NCBI GenBank assembly: GCA_934646115.1
Contig: CAKUEM010000005.1
Coordinates: 3,514-67,513 of the forward strand
Length of the DNA: 64,000 nt
Source: an uncultured Oscillospiraceae bacterium
GTDB taxonomy: Bacteria; Bacillota; Clostridia; Oscillospirales; JAAYXM01
Reading direction: 5' to 3'
Every line of letters begins with the position of its first letter. Positions within the stretch are counted from its first letter, which is position 1. Both the position numbers and the translations under genes were made by a program. Shown one piece after another: positions 56,538 to 64,000 of this stretch. Under the pieces are notes generated by a model. The model searched no databases. It had not been told where the DNA came from and saw only the letters and a program-made list of their open reading frames with translations.

Positions 56538-58755
56538 AATGAAAAAACTCCTTTGCCGCTTCGCTGTTTTTGCGCTCATTTTCACGCATGATGCGCGTCA
56601 TTTCGCGCAGCTTCCCGCCCATATCCGCGCTGAGCGCAAGGTCGAGATACCCGCGCAGATTATCAAACGTAAAATCCGCATATTCCATGCAGAGCTCGCG
56701 CCCGATATAATGCATAAAACCGGACACCTTGTCGTCATACGAGATCCCGACGACCGGAACGCCCTGCCCCGCGCCGAACACCAGCGCATGCAGCCGCATG
56801 GCAACGATCAGCTTCATCCGCGCGAGGATCCCGATCATGGTATACACGTCATATCGCCCGCGCAGCACGACCGCGCGCTCCTCCATCGCGGCGGCGATCT
56901 GCTCTGCAACCGGCAGGTCGCGGTCATGCTCCATCGGAACAAGCACCGGGATCAGATGATGCTCGCGCGCGAGGTAATCCGCAACGCGCGCCATCTCGGG
57001 CAGCTTCCGGTCAAAATCCTTCCAGCGCCGCATGGCAAGGCAGGCGTAATTCCCGTCGATCGCAAGCCCCTCGCTGAAAAATGCGCTTTGCACCAGCGCA
57101 TCCGGCGCGGGCGCGAGGTTGAGCGTCGGGTCTGCGGCGAGCTGCATACGCGGATGCGTAACGCCCATGCGCGCAAGCTCTTCCATCGAGCCGGGGTCAC
57201 GCAATGTGATCACATCGGCGCAGCGATCGATCACGCGCGCGGCGAGCCGGCGGTTTGCCTTCCCGCTGACCGGACCGATGCCGCAGCCATACATCATCAC
57301 CTTGCAGCCGCACAGCACCGCGGCGCGCAGCGTCATCAAATAAAAATACAGCGAGCGGCTGCTTGTGCAGTCCTGAATCAGGCTGCCGCCGCCGTTGATA
57401 TACAAATGCGCGCGGCGCATGGCGCGCAGCATTTGAACCGGGCGGAACGTATAGATCGAGCGCACGCGATATTGCAGCCGCGTCTGCTTCGGCGCGCGCG
57501 ACATCACGCAGATCCGCACATCCGGGTCGATCGCCCGGATCTCGCCGACGACCGCCTTTAAGATCGCATCGTCGCCCGCGTTGCCGCGACCATACGAGCC
57601 GCAGATCAGAACCTGCCCGCGGGGTGTGCGCTCCCGCTCTGCCCGGCGCAGAACGGTTTCATAAATTTTAATTTGATCCTCCACCATCTTGCGCAGCGAA
57701 TAAAGCGCGCTCGCCTTGGCGTACAGGCGCTCTGCCATATCCGCGCGCTCGGCGGGATGCTCATATAAATATTTCAAATGCTCGGCAAGCGCGTCTGCAT
57801 CCTGCGGGGTGAACAGCAGCCCGTTCGCGCCGTGATCGATCAAAATCGGCATGCCGCCGACCGTGCTCGTCACCATCGTGCATTTCGCGCGCACCGCCTC
57901 CAGCACGCTGTATGGGAAGCTCTCGCTCAGCGAAGAGAGCAGATTGATGTCGATCGCGTTTAAAAACGTATCCATATCCGTGACCCAGCCGGCGAATACC
58001 ACGCGATCCTCCAGCCCCAGGTCACGCGTCAGCTTTTTTAAATACTCGCGCTGCTCCCCATCGCCGCCGATGACAAGGCGCAGCTTGGGACACACGTCGC
58101 GAATTTTTGCGAGCGCGCGCAAAATCGTTCCGATATCCTTAACCGGATGCAGGCGCGCGGCAATGCCGCAGACCACGGTATCCGCCTCTGCGGGCAGTCC
58201 GAGCGAGGCAAGATATTCCTCCCGCGACATGCGCGGCGCGGGCTGATAAGAAAAATCGAGCCCGTTATAGATCACATGCACCCGATACGGGTCAAACCCG
58301 CGGTCGATCAGCATATCGGCAAAATTGCGCGTTACGCCGATATAGCCGTTTAAAAAGCGCAGCGCGACCGTGTTGAGCAATCCGAAAGTATATTTCTTTT
58401 TAAAATTCCCCATATAATCGAGCCGCCAGTCACTATGCACCGTCGTGACCACCGGCACGCCGCATTTTCGCTTTAAAATCACGCCGAGCACGTTCGCCTT
58501 CGCGCCGTGGCAGTGAATGAGCGAGAACCCTCCGTCTGCCACAATGCCCCGGATCTCCTTCACGTCCTGCAATGGATTTTTATGATGCACGACCGTGACC
58601 GGAATCCCCATCGCGCGCGCATCGTCTGCAAACTCCCCTTCGCGCAAGCTGATCAGAAGCACGTCGATTTGCTCATGCAGCTTCGCGACCAGGGAAAGCA
58701 CATGCGTTTTCGCGCCGCCCACGTCGCCGCCGCCTATGATATGCACAACCTTCAT
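56530..58755 (-). CDS. Fusion protein: GT4 glycosyltransferase (N) plus polysaccharide pyruvyl transferase CsaB-like domain (C)
   Basis: Residues 1 to about 375: MKVVHIIGGGDVGGAKTHV.., ..SESFPYSVLEAVRAKCTMVTSTVGG. Residues about 385-741: ICGSYGRGNAGDDAILKAVV..LYINGGGSLIQDCTSSRSL..YGCGIGP.. Confidence 0.8.
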   Translation of the reverse strand: MKVVHIIGGGDVGGAKTHVLSLVAKLHEQIDVLLISLREGEFADDARAMGIPVTVVHHKNPLQDVKEIRGIVADGGFSLIHCHGAKANVLGVILKRKCGVPVVTTVHSDWRLDYMGNFKKKYTFGLLNTVALRFLNGYIGVTRNFADMLIDRGFDPYRVHVIYNGLDFSYQPAPRMSREEYLASLGLPAEADTVVCGIAARLHPVKDIGTILRALAKIRDVCPKLRLVIGGDGEQREYLKKLTRDLGLEDRVVFAGWVTDMDTFLNAIDINLLSSLSESFPYSVLEAVRAKCTMVTSTVGGMPILIDHGANGLLFTPQDADALAEHLKYLYEHPAERADMAERLYAKASALYSLRKMVEDQIKIYETVLRRAERERTPRGQVLICGSYGRGNAGDDAILKAVVGEIRAIDPDVRICVMSRAPKQTRLQYRVRSIYTFRPVQMLRAMRRAHLYINGGGSLIQDCTSSRSLYFYLMTLRAAVLCGCKVMMYGCGIGPVSGKANRRLAARVIDRCADVITLRDPGSMEELARMGVTHPRMQLAADPTLNLAPAPDALVQSAFFSEGLAIDGNYACLAMRRWKDFDRKLPEMARVADYLAREHHLIPVLVPMEHDRDLPVAEQIAAAMEERAVVLRGRYDVYTMIGILARMKLIVAMRLHALVFGAGQGVPVVGISYDDKVSGFMHYIGRELCMEYADFTFDNLRGYLDLALSADMGGKLREMTRIMRENERKNSEAAKEFFHYE

Positions 58756-59022
58756 ATCGAAACCTCTCTTTTTGAGAACGAAATGATCGCAAAGTAATTG
58801 CGCCGCAATGTATTCCCGGCATATCTCGCCGCATTTTTGCCCTGGCGCGTAAAATTACTTTGCAATTTTCATAAAGATATTATATAATAATTTCGTTCAA
58901 ACGGCAATCCTGTTTGCGCACAGAATTTTACATTTATGCGCAAAAGGGCGAGGCGGTGCTGCGGCGCCGGTCAATCAAACAGCTGAGGCGCGGCGCTTTG
59001 CCCGCCGGCATGGAGGGAAAAC

Positions 59023-59526
59023 ATGAAGGTCATCAATGAAAAAGGAAAGCTTTTTGGCATTATCAATCCGGTCGATCTCCTGATCGTACTGGCCATTCTT
59101 GCTGTCGTTGCGGCAGCATGCGTGAAGTTTTTAAAAGAGCCGGTTCAGGCGGTCACATCGACCAAGCAGGATATGTATGTCACGCTGCGCATCCGCGGGG
59201 CAATGCCCTCGCTTGCAGACGCGGTGTTGCAGATCCAGCCGGGCGAGAAGCTCGTTGCCGGAAACGATTATATCGCCGGCGCAGAGATCATCTCCGTTGC
59301 GGCAGAGCCGTATATCTACTCGGTTGCAACCGCTGACGGCGCAACGGTCAGCTCGACCGACCCGACAAAGCAGGACGTGCTTGTTGTGATCAAAAGCAGC
59401 GCAACGCCGGACAGCCCGGTTTTAAAAATCGGCAACCAGGAAATTCGCGCCGGGCGCGGCTTTACATTTAAAACGAATTTAGTGGAAGTCAACGCGACCA
59501 TAGAATCGGTGAGATTTGATGGATAG
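59023..59526 (+). CDS. DUF4330-like single-pass membrane protein
   Basis: MKVINEKGKLFGIINPVDLLIVLAILAVVAAA.. followed by a beta-rich domain. Confidence 0.6.
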   Translation: MKVINEKGKLFGIINPVDLLIVLAILAVVAAACVKFLKEPVQAVTSTKQDMYVTLRIRGAMPSLADAVLQIQPGEKLVAGNDYIAGAEIISVAAEPYIYSVATADGATVSSTDPTKQDVLVVIKSSATPDSPVLKIGNQEIRAGRGFTFKTNLVEVNATIESVRFDG

Positions 59527-61102
59527 CGTTCTCATGCAGTGCATGATCGCGCGGATCGCGATCTTTTTCCGCGGCGTCTTTCCGAACAGCGTCTTCGCCC
59601 GGATGTGCCGCGCGATCAAAGAAAGCTATCTGCGCTCAGCAACCTGCCGCGCGCTCTGCGCGTTTCTTTCCATCCCGTCTGCCGTCGTGTATTCGCGCCT
59701 GTACCGGATGGCAAACCGCATTAATCTTGCGCTGTTTCACTTTGGCGAAAAAATCTCCGGCACGGTGGATCAAAGCCGGATCTTTCGCGCGTGCCGCGCG
59801 TTTCGCAGCAGCAATTTCGTGTCGCACAGCGCTATTTTAAGCTGGATCCGCCGCGTGGGCATGCGCGGACTTCTCATCATCGCGTTCGGCATGTATCTGC
59901 CGCTCGATTATCTGATCCGCGACGTGCTGCAGCTTGAATCGATCGGCACGATCTGGGACGAGGCATTTATGCTGTTTTGCGCGCTGTATATCGTCTGGCG
60001 GCTCGTGATCACGCGGCGCGAGCAGGTCAAACCGCGCATCACTCCGGTGGACGCGCCGCTTCTGCTCTTTTTTGGCATCGGGCTTCTCGTGATGGCGATG
60101 GTCAGCCCGGATATACGCATCGCGATCGCGGGCTACCGCGCCGTGTTCCAGTTTATGCTCTGGTTCTTTATCCTCACGCGGCTGATCGAGAATAATCGCG
60201 ACCTGCGCATTTTTTATTATAGTATGTGCACGATGGCGGTCGCGGTCGGTCTTCATGGAATTTATCAGTATATCGTCGGCGCACCCATGCCCTCGCAGTG
60301 GGTCGCCGCGGCGGAAACCAGCATGCGCACGCGCGTCTATTCGATCACCGGCAGCCCGAATATCATGGGCGCCCTGATGGTCATGACTGCGCCGATGCTT
60401 GCCGCCCTTGCCTATTACGTCAAGCCGATCTGGGCGAAATGCCTGATGTGGGCTTGCACCGGGGTGCTTTGCCTCGCTGTGCTCGCCACCTTCTCGCGCG
60501 GGGCGTGGTTTGGACTTGCGGTCGCGGTTCTGCTGTTCTGCCTGATCGTGGACGTCAAGCTGCTCGTTGTTGCGGCGGTTGGCGTTGTCGGTCTTCTGCT
60601 CTTTGTTCCGGCGATCTCAAACCGCATCACGTTTTTGTTCACGTCTGATTTCGCGCAGGCGAACAATAACGGCGGGCGCGGAGAACGCTGGGCGTTCGGC
60701 TTCCACCTGCTTTCCACCAGTCCGGTCTGGGGCTTCGGGCTGGGGCGCTTTGGCGGCGCGATCGCGATGCAAAACCAGGTGATCGAAAACTTAAAGTATT
60801 TTTATATGGATAATTACTATATGAAAACGCTGGTCGAAATGGGCTATGTGGGGCTGGGTGGCTATCTGTTCTTGCTGCTTTCCAACCTGCTCGCCTCGAT
60901 CCGCGGTCTGTTTAAAACGCGGCATGACCGGATGCGGCTGCTCTCCGCAGGGATGTTCTGCGGCATGGCCGGCGTGTTAACACATTCGTTTTTTGAAAAT
61001 ATTTTCGAGGTCCCCTATATGAACGCCTATTTTTGGGGCATGGCCGCCGCAATCATGTATATCAGCTACCTGCGGCGCAGATCCTGCGAAAAAGACGCGT
61101 AA
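59516..61102 (+). CDS. O-antigen-ligase/polymerase-like (Wzy_C) polytopic membrane protein
   Basis: 528 aa, more than 10 TM segments. ..LATFSRGAWFGLAVAVLLF.. motif. Confidence 0.75.
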   Translation: MMDSVLMQCMIARIAIFFRGVFPNSVFARMCRAIKESYLRSATCRALCAFLSIPSAVVYSRLYRMANRINLALFHFGEKISGTVDQSRIFRACRAFRSSNFVSHSAILSWIRRVGMRGLLIIAFGMYLPLDYLIRDVLQLESIGTIWDEAFMLFCALYIVWRLVITRREQVKPRITPVDAPLLLFFGIGLLVMAMVSPDIRIAIAGYRAVFQFMLWFFILTRLIENNRDLRIFYYSMCTMAVAVGLHGIYQYIVGAPMPSQWVAAAETSMRTRVYSITGSPNIMGALMVMTAPMLAALAYYVKPIWAKCLMWACTGVLCLAVLATFSRGAWFGLAVAVLLFCLIVDVKLLVVAAVGVVGLLLFVPAISNRITFLFTSDFAQANNNGGRGERWAFGFHLLSTSPVWGFGLGRFGGAIAMQNQVIENLKYFYMDNYYMKTLVEMGYVGLGGYLFLLLSNLLASIRGLFKTRHDRMRLLSAGMFCGMAGVLTHSFFENIFEVPYMNAYFWGMAAAIMYISYLRRRSCEKDA

Positions 61103-61107
61103 TTTTT

Positions 61108-61143
61108 AAGAACCCGCTCACTTTGGCAGCGGGTTCTTTTTTC
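61108..61143 (+). terminator. Rho-independent terminator
   Basis: aagaacccgct/agcgggttctt followed by TTTTT. Confidence 0.85.
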
Positions 61144-61160
61144 TGGGAAAATTTCACATT

Positions 61161-61189
61161 TTGACATTTTTCTTATACAATGCTATAAT
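61161..61189 (+). promoter_or_regulatory. Consensus sigmaA promoter (TTGACA-17-TATAAT)
   Basis: TTGACA at 61161-61166, TATAAT at 61184-61189. It lies 40 nt upstream of the next ATG. Confidence 0.65.
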
Positions 61190-61228
61190 TTGTGTAATAT
61201 TATGTGTACAAAAAATGGGGAGTGAGAT

Positions 61229-62086
61229 ATGTTTTCAAAGCGCTCTGACGGACGGTTGGTGCATCATATCGATCCGTTTCAAAAAATAATTCCTTATATC
61301 ATGCGCACACGCACAGATTCAATGAATATGTTTGAAGATATGATCGCCTGCGCAGCGTTTGATGAATATATCTGCGCCAAAGAGGCGGAGGGAATCACCT
61401 TTACTTATCTGCATATTATGATTGCGGCGGTCGTGCGCCTTCTCGCAAAAAAGCCGCAGCTCAATCGTTTTGTCATGCGCGGGCGAATTTACGCCCGCGA
61501 TAAAATCTGGATTAGCTTCGTGGTACACCAATCGCTGCGCAGTGACAGCGCGGGCACGACGATCAAGCTCTGTTTTGACGGTACGGAATCGATTTTCGAT
61601 ATAAAAGAGCGCGTGGATGACGCGATCCGTCGCGAAACCACAGAGAAAACCGAGTCGAACGCGACCGATAAGCTGGCAAACCTTGTGATGAGCATCCCCG
61701 GTCCACTCATTCGATTCACAGTGAATACCCTGCTGTTTTTAGACCGGCATAATGCGCTTCCGAAATCCGTGATCGCGGCAAGCCCGTTCCACACCTCGCT
61801 GTTTTTAACCAACTTAAAATCGCTGGGGATCAATCATATTTTCCACCATGTGTATGAATTTGGCACGACCGGGCTGTTCCTCGCGATCGGAAAAGAGAAG
61901 AAAGTTCCGGTCATAGAAGACAATCAGGTGGTCGTTCGCAAATGCCTGCGGTTCGGCTTAGTCGCGGACGAGCGATTTTGCGACGGACTGTATTTCGCCC
62001 GCGCGCTCAAGCACCTTAAGCAGTATCTTTCAAATCCAACGCTTCTCGAGACCAGACTGGATAAAAAAGAAGAAGATGTATCTTAA
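61229..62086 (+). CDS. Stand-alone 2-oxoacid-dehydrogenase E2 / CAT-like acyltransferase catalytic-domain protein
   Basis: 285 aa. The C-terminal ..LRFGLVADERFCDGLYFARALKHLKQYLSNP aligns with the E2 signature ..S.DHR.IDGA.AA.FL..K..LE.P. There are no lipoyl or subunit-binding domains. Confidence 0.65.
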   Translation: MFSKRSDGRLVHHIDPFQKIIPYIMRTRTDSMNMFEDMIACAAFDEYICAKEAEGITFTYLHIMIAAVVRLLAKKPQLNRFVMRGRIYARDKIWISFVVHQSLRSDSAGTTIKLCFDGTESIFDIKERVDDAIRRETTEKTESNATDKLANLVMSIPGPLIRFTVNTLLFLDRHNALPKSVIAASPFHTSLFLTNLKSLGINHIFHHVYEFGTTGLFLAIGKEKKVPVIEDNQVVVRKCLRFGLVADERFCDGLYFARALKHLKQYLSNPTLLETRLDKKEEDVS

Positions 62087-62122
62087 AAGACAGGTGAAGG
62101 GAAATCCCTTCACCTGCCTTTT
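62085..62122. terminator. Bidirectional terminator (caggtgaaggg/cccttcacctg)
   Basis: Flanked by AAAAG and CTTTT. It lies between the E2-like gene (+) and the tiny ORF (-). Confidence 0.8.
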
Positions 62123-62228
62123 GCAAATGATCCGGGCACTCTGCGCGATGCAGAGCGCCCGGATCGTCGTTTCCGCGCCGCGCGGAGGCATAGGTACGTT
62201 TTTTAGACTTTCTTTTGCGACATGGCGG

Positions 62229-62336
62229 CTAGCAGCACTCGTTGCCGCAGAAGCCCCAGATAATGATGATCGCAATCAGGATAACGATCCAAGTGCAGCT
62301 GTTTCCGCCGAAAATATTGTTGTCTTTACATAACAT
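62229..62336 (-). CDS. 35-aa Cys-rich single-TM peptide (YjcZ-like tiny membrane protein)
   Basis: Below the ORF-track size cut-off. AGGAGG, 10 nt, then ATG. It translates to MLCKDNNIFGGNSCTWIVILIAIIIIWGFCGNECC*. A terminator lies downstream. Confidence 0.6.
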   Translation of the reverse strand: MLCKDNNIFGGNSCTWIVILIAIIIIWGFCGNECC

Positions 62337-62403
62337 AGGGTGAAAACCTCCTAAAAAGTAATCTCACCCTATAGTATGCCGGCGCCACAGCTTGGTGACG
62401 AAA

Positions 62404-63780
62404 TCAAACCCGATGGCTCATCCACTTTCCGCCGCGGAATCGCGCCCAGGTCAGCACGCAGCGCGCGATTTGATCGATAAGAAATCCGATCCACGCGCCG
62501 ATCAGCCCCAGTCCGAGCGGATAACAGAACAACCAGCCCATACCCGGACGAACCAACGCAACGCTGACGAGCGACACAAACGCGGTATACTTCGTATCGC
62601 CCGAGCCGCGCAGACAGCCGGAGAAAATGACCTGCGGAATCTGGAAAAACACGATCACCGCCATCAGCCGCATCAGAACCACGCCATAGGTCAGCACCTG
62701 CGCATCGTCTGTAAACAGCGCGAACATAAAGCGCCCAAGCAGTGTGAACAGCACCGCCATAATGAGCGAGAAGATCACGCCGATCCGCTGACAAACGCGC
62801 GCATAGATCCGCGCAAGATCCGGCCTTCGCTCGCCCAGGCTGCGCCCGACCAGCGCGACCGACGCGGTCGATAATCCATCTCCCAGCGAGAACGACAGGC
62901 TCATGATATTCATGCCAATCTGGTGCGTGGCGAATTCGATCGTGCCAAGCTTTGCGATAATAATTGCATACATTAAAAACCCGATACGCAGAAATACCTG
63001 CTCCGCCAGCGTGCTTGAGCCGATATTAAACAGCGACCACAGCGTTGCGCGGTCAAACGACATGTGGTGAAACCCGCGCAGCGACAAAAACGTGTCCTTC
63101 TTGCACACCGAGGCGATGCTCATGCCGCACGCAACGATTGAGCCGAGCACGGTCGCGATCGCGGCGCCCATCACGCCGAGCCGCGGAAACCCGAAATTCC
63201 CGCCGATCAACAGGTAATTAAACACCACATTGACCGCGTTTGACACCATATTTGTGCGCATGGCGATGCGCGTGTTGCCCGCGCCGCGCTGCGCCGCGTT
63301 GATCGTCATGGAAATGACGTTAAACAGCATTCCGCCCATGATGATGCGGAAATAAAGCGCCGCGTCTGCATGCGTATCATCCTGCGCGCCCGCGAGCCGC
63401 ATGATCGGCTCTGCAAAAATCACGCTGACCGCCGAGATGATCACGGCGAGCAGGATCACGATCACGAGCGACTGCACCAGCACGCGCCGCGCGCTCTCCG
63501 CATCCTTTTCGCCGCGCCGATGCGCGACGATTGCGCTGATCGCAACGCATAATGACATAAAAATCGCAAGCCCGATAAATTTTGGCTGCGTGGTCAAGCC
63601 GACCGCCGCGATAGCGACCGGACCGAGGATCCCGACCATCATCGTGTCGATCATACCGACCAGGCAGATCAAAAATGACTCTACGATCGAGGGCCATGCG
63701 ATCTGAATCGTTTGCTTTAAGATGCTTGCTTCACTTGGCAGCTCGCCCTTGATCTCCACATGACGCGTGAGCTGTTTCAT
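62404..63780 (-). CDS. MATE-family multidrug/toxin efflux transporter
   Basis: 458 aa, 12 TM segments. ..IAWPSIVESFLICLVGMIDTMMVG.. and ..AQRGAGNTRIAMR.. motifs. Confidence 0.88.
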   Translation of the reverse strand: MKQLTRHVEIKGELPSEASILKQTIQIAWPSIVESFLICLVGMIDTMMVGILGPVAIAAVGLTTQPKFIGLAIFMSLCVAISAIVAHRRGEKDAESARRVLVQSLVIVILLAVIISAVSVIFAEPIMRLAGAQDDTHADAALYFRIIMGGMLFNVISMTINAAQRGAGNTRIAMRTNMVSNAVNVVFNYLLIGGNFGFPRLGVMGAAIATVLGSIVACGMSIASVCKKDTFLSLRGFHHMSFDRATLWSLFNIGSSTLAEQVFLRIGFLMYAIIIAKLGTIEFATHQIGMNIMSLSFSLGDGLSTASVALVGRSLGERRPDLARIYARVCQRIGVIFSLIMAVLFTLLGRFMFALFTDDAQVLTYGVVLMRLMAVIVFFQIPQVIFSGCLRGSGDTKYTAFVSLVSVALVRPGMGWLFCYPLGLGLIGAWIGFLIDQIARCVLTWARFRGGKWMSHRV

Positions 63781-64000
63781 GCCAAAAAAGATCAGAGCCC
63801 TCCTCCTTTTCTCATTGAGCTCGACCGCACAGAAAGCGCATAACGCCGCGCTTTCTGTGCAGATTTATTTTTTATTATATCACATATCGCACGGAATTTC
63901 TATCCACACACATCGCGTCGCCCCTGTTTTTTTTGCGCAAAAGCACGAGGTCAGGCGTGCATTTTCGCCTGACCTCGATTACTGATAATTAGGAAGAATC

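Overview
This 64-kb window looks like a GC-rich anaerobic Firmicute of the Clostridia type. That is an inference from GGAGG-type RBSs, sigmaA-like promoters, a T-box leader and an electron-bifurcating HydABC hydrogenase. No database or HMM search was possible, so every family call comes from motifs read in the translations.

Positions 1-8610 are visibly AT-richer than the rest. They carry accessory-type genes: a secreted lyase-like protein missing from the ORF track, a decayed SDR, an OYE-type flavin oxidoreductase, an AraC regulator and a 2-hydroxyacid dehydrogenase. This block ends in two abutting IS remnants.

The GC-rich remainder is mostly core genome, in this order:
- tkt, rpsO-pnp, an M16 peptidase and the F1Fo ATP synthase operon
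- a T-box-controlled transporter/dehydrogenase pair
- pstSCAB-phoU plus a two-component system
- proX-like and proB genes and an EamA transporter
- a sensory [FeFe]-hydrogenase (HydS-like) with a PP2C phosphatase, next to hydCBA
- a cyclase / TIM-barrel / AAC(3)-like trio
- lipid genes (MGDG-synthase-like, plsY)
- an fprA / aldo-keto reductase / ung / ABC-F string
- rpmE, and an orphan solute-binding protein with an AraC regulator
- a cell-wall polysaccharide cluster containing a GT4-CsaB fusion
- an E2-like acyltransferase domain protein, a tiny Cys-rich membrane peptide and a MATE pump

I found no rRNA, tRNA or CRISPR array, and no obvious defence system.

The most unusual observations are:
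1. There is no free-standing atpH. A delta C-terminal-domain-like segment is fused in frame to the alpha subunit, and the c subunit has a signal-peptide-like extension.
2. PstS appears circularly permuted.
3. A complete T-box leader sits in front of a YkvI-like permease plus a glycerol-dehydrogenase-like gene.
4. The HydS-PP2C sensory module has its own terminator-delimited unit beside hydCBA, which carries a Rex-box-like palindrome.
5. A lipoyl-less E2-like protein has DER in place of the catalytic DHR motif.
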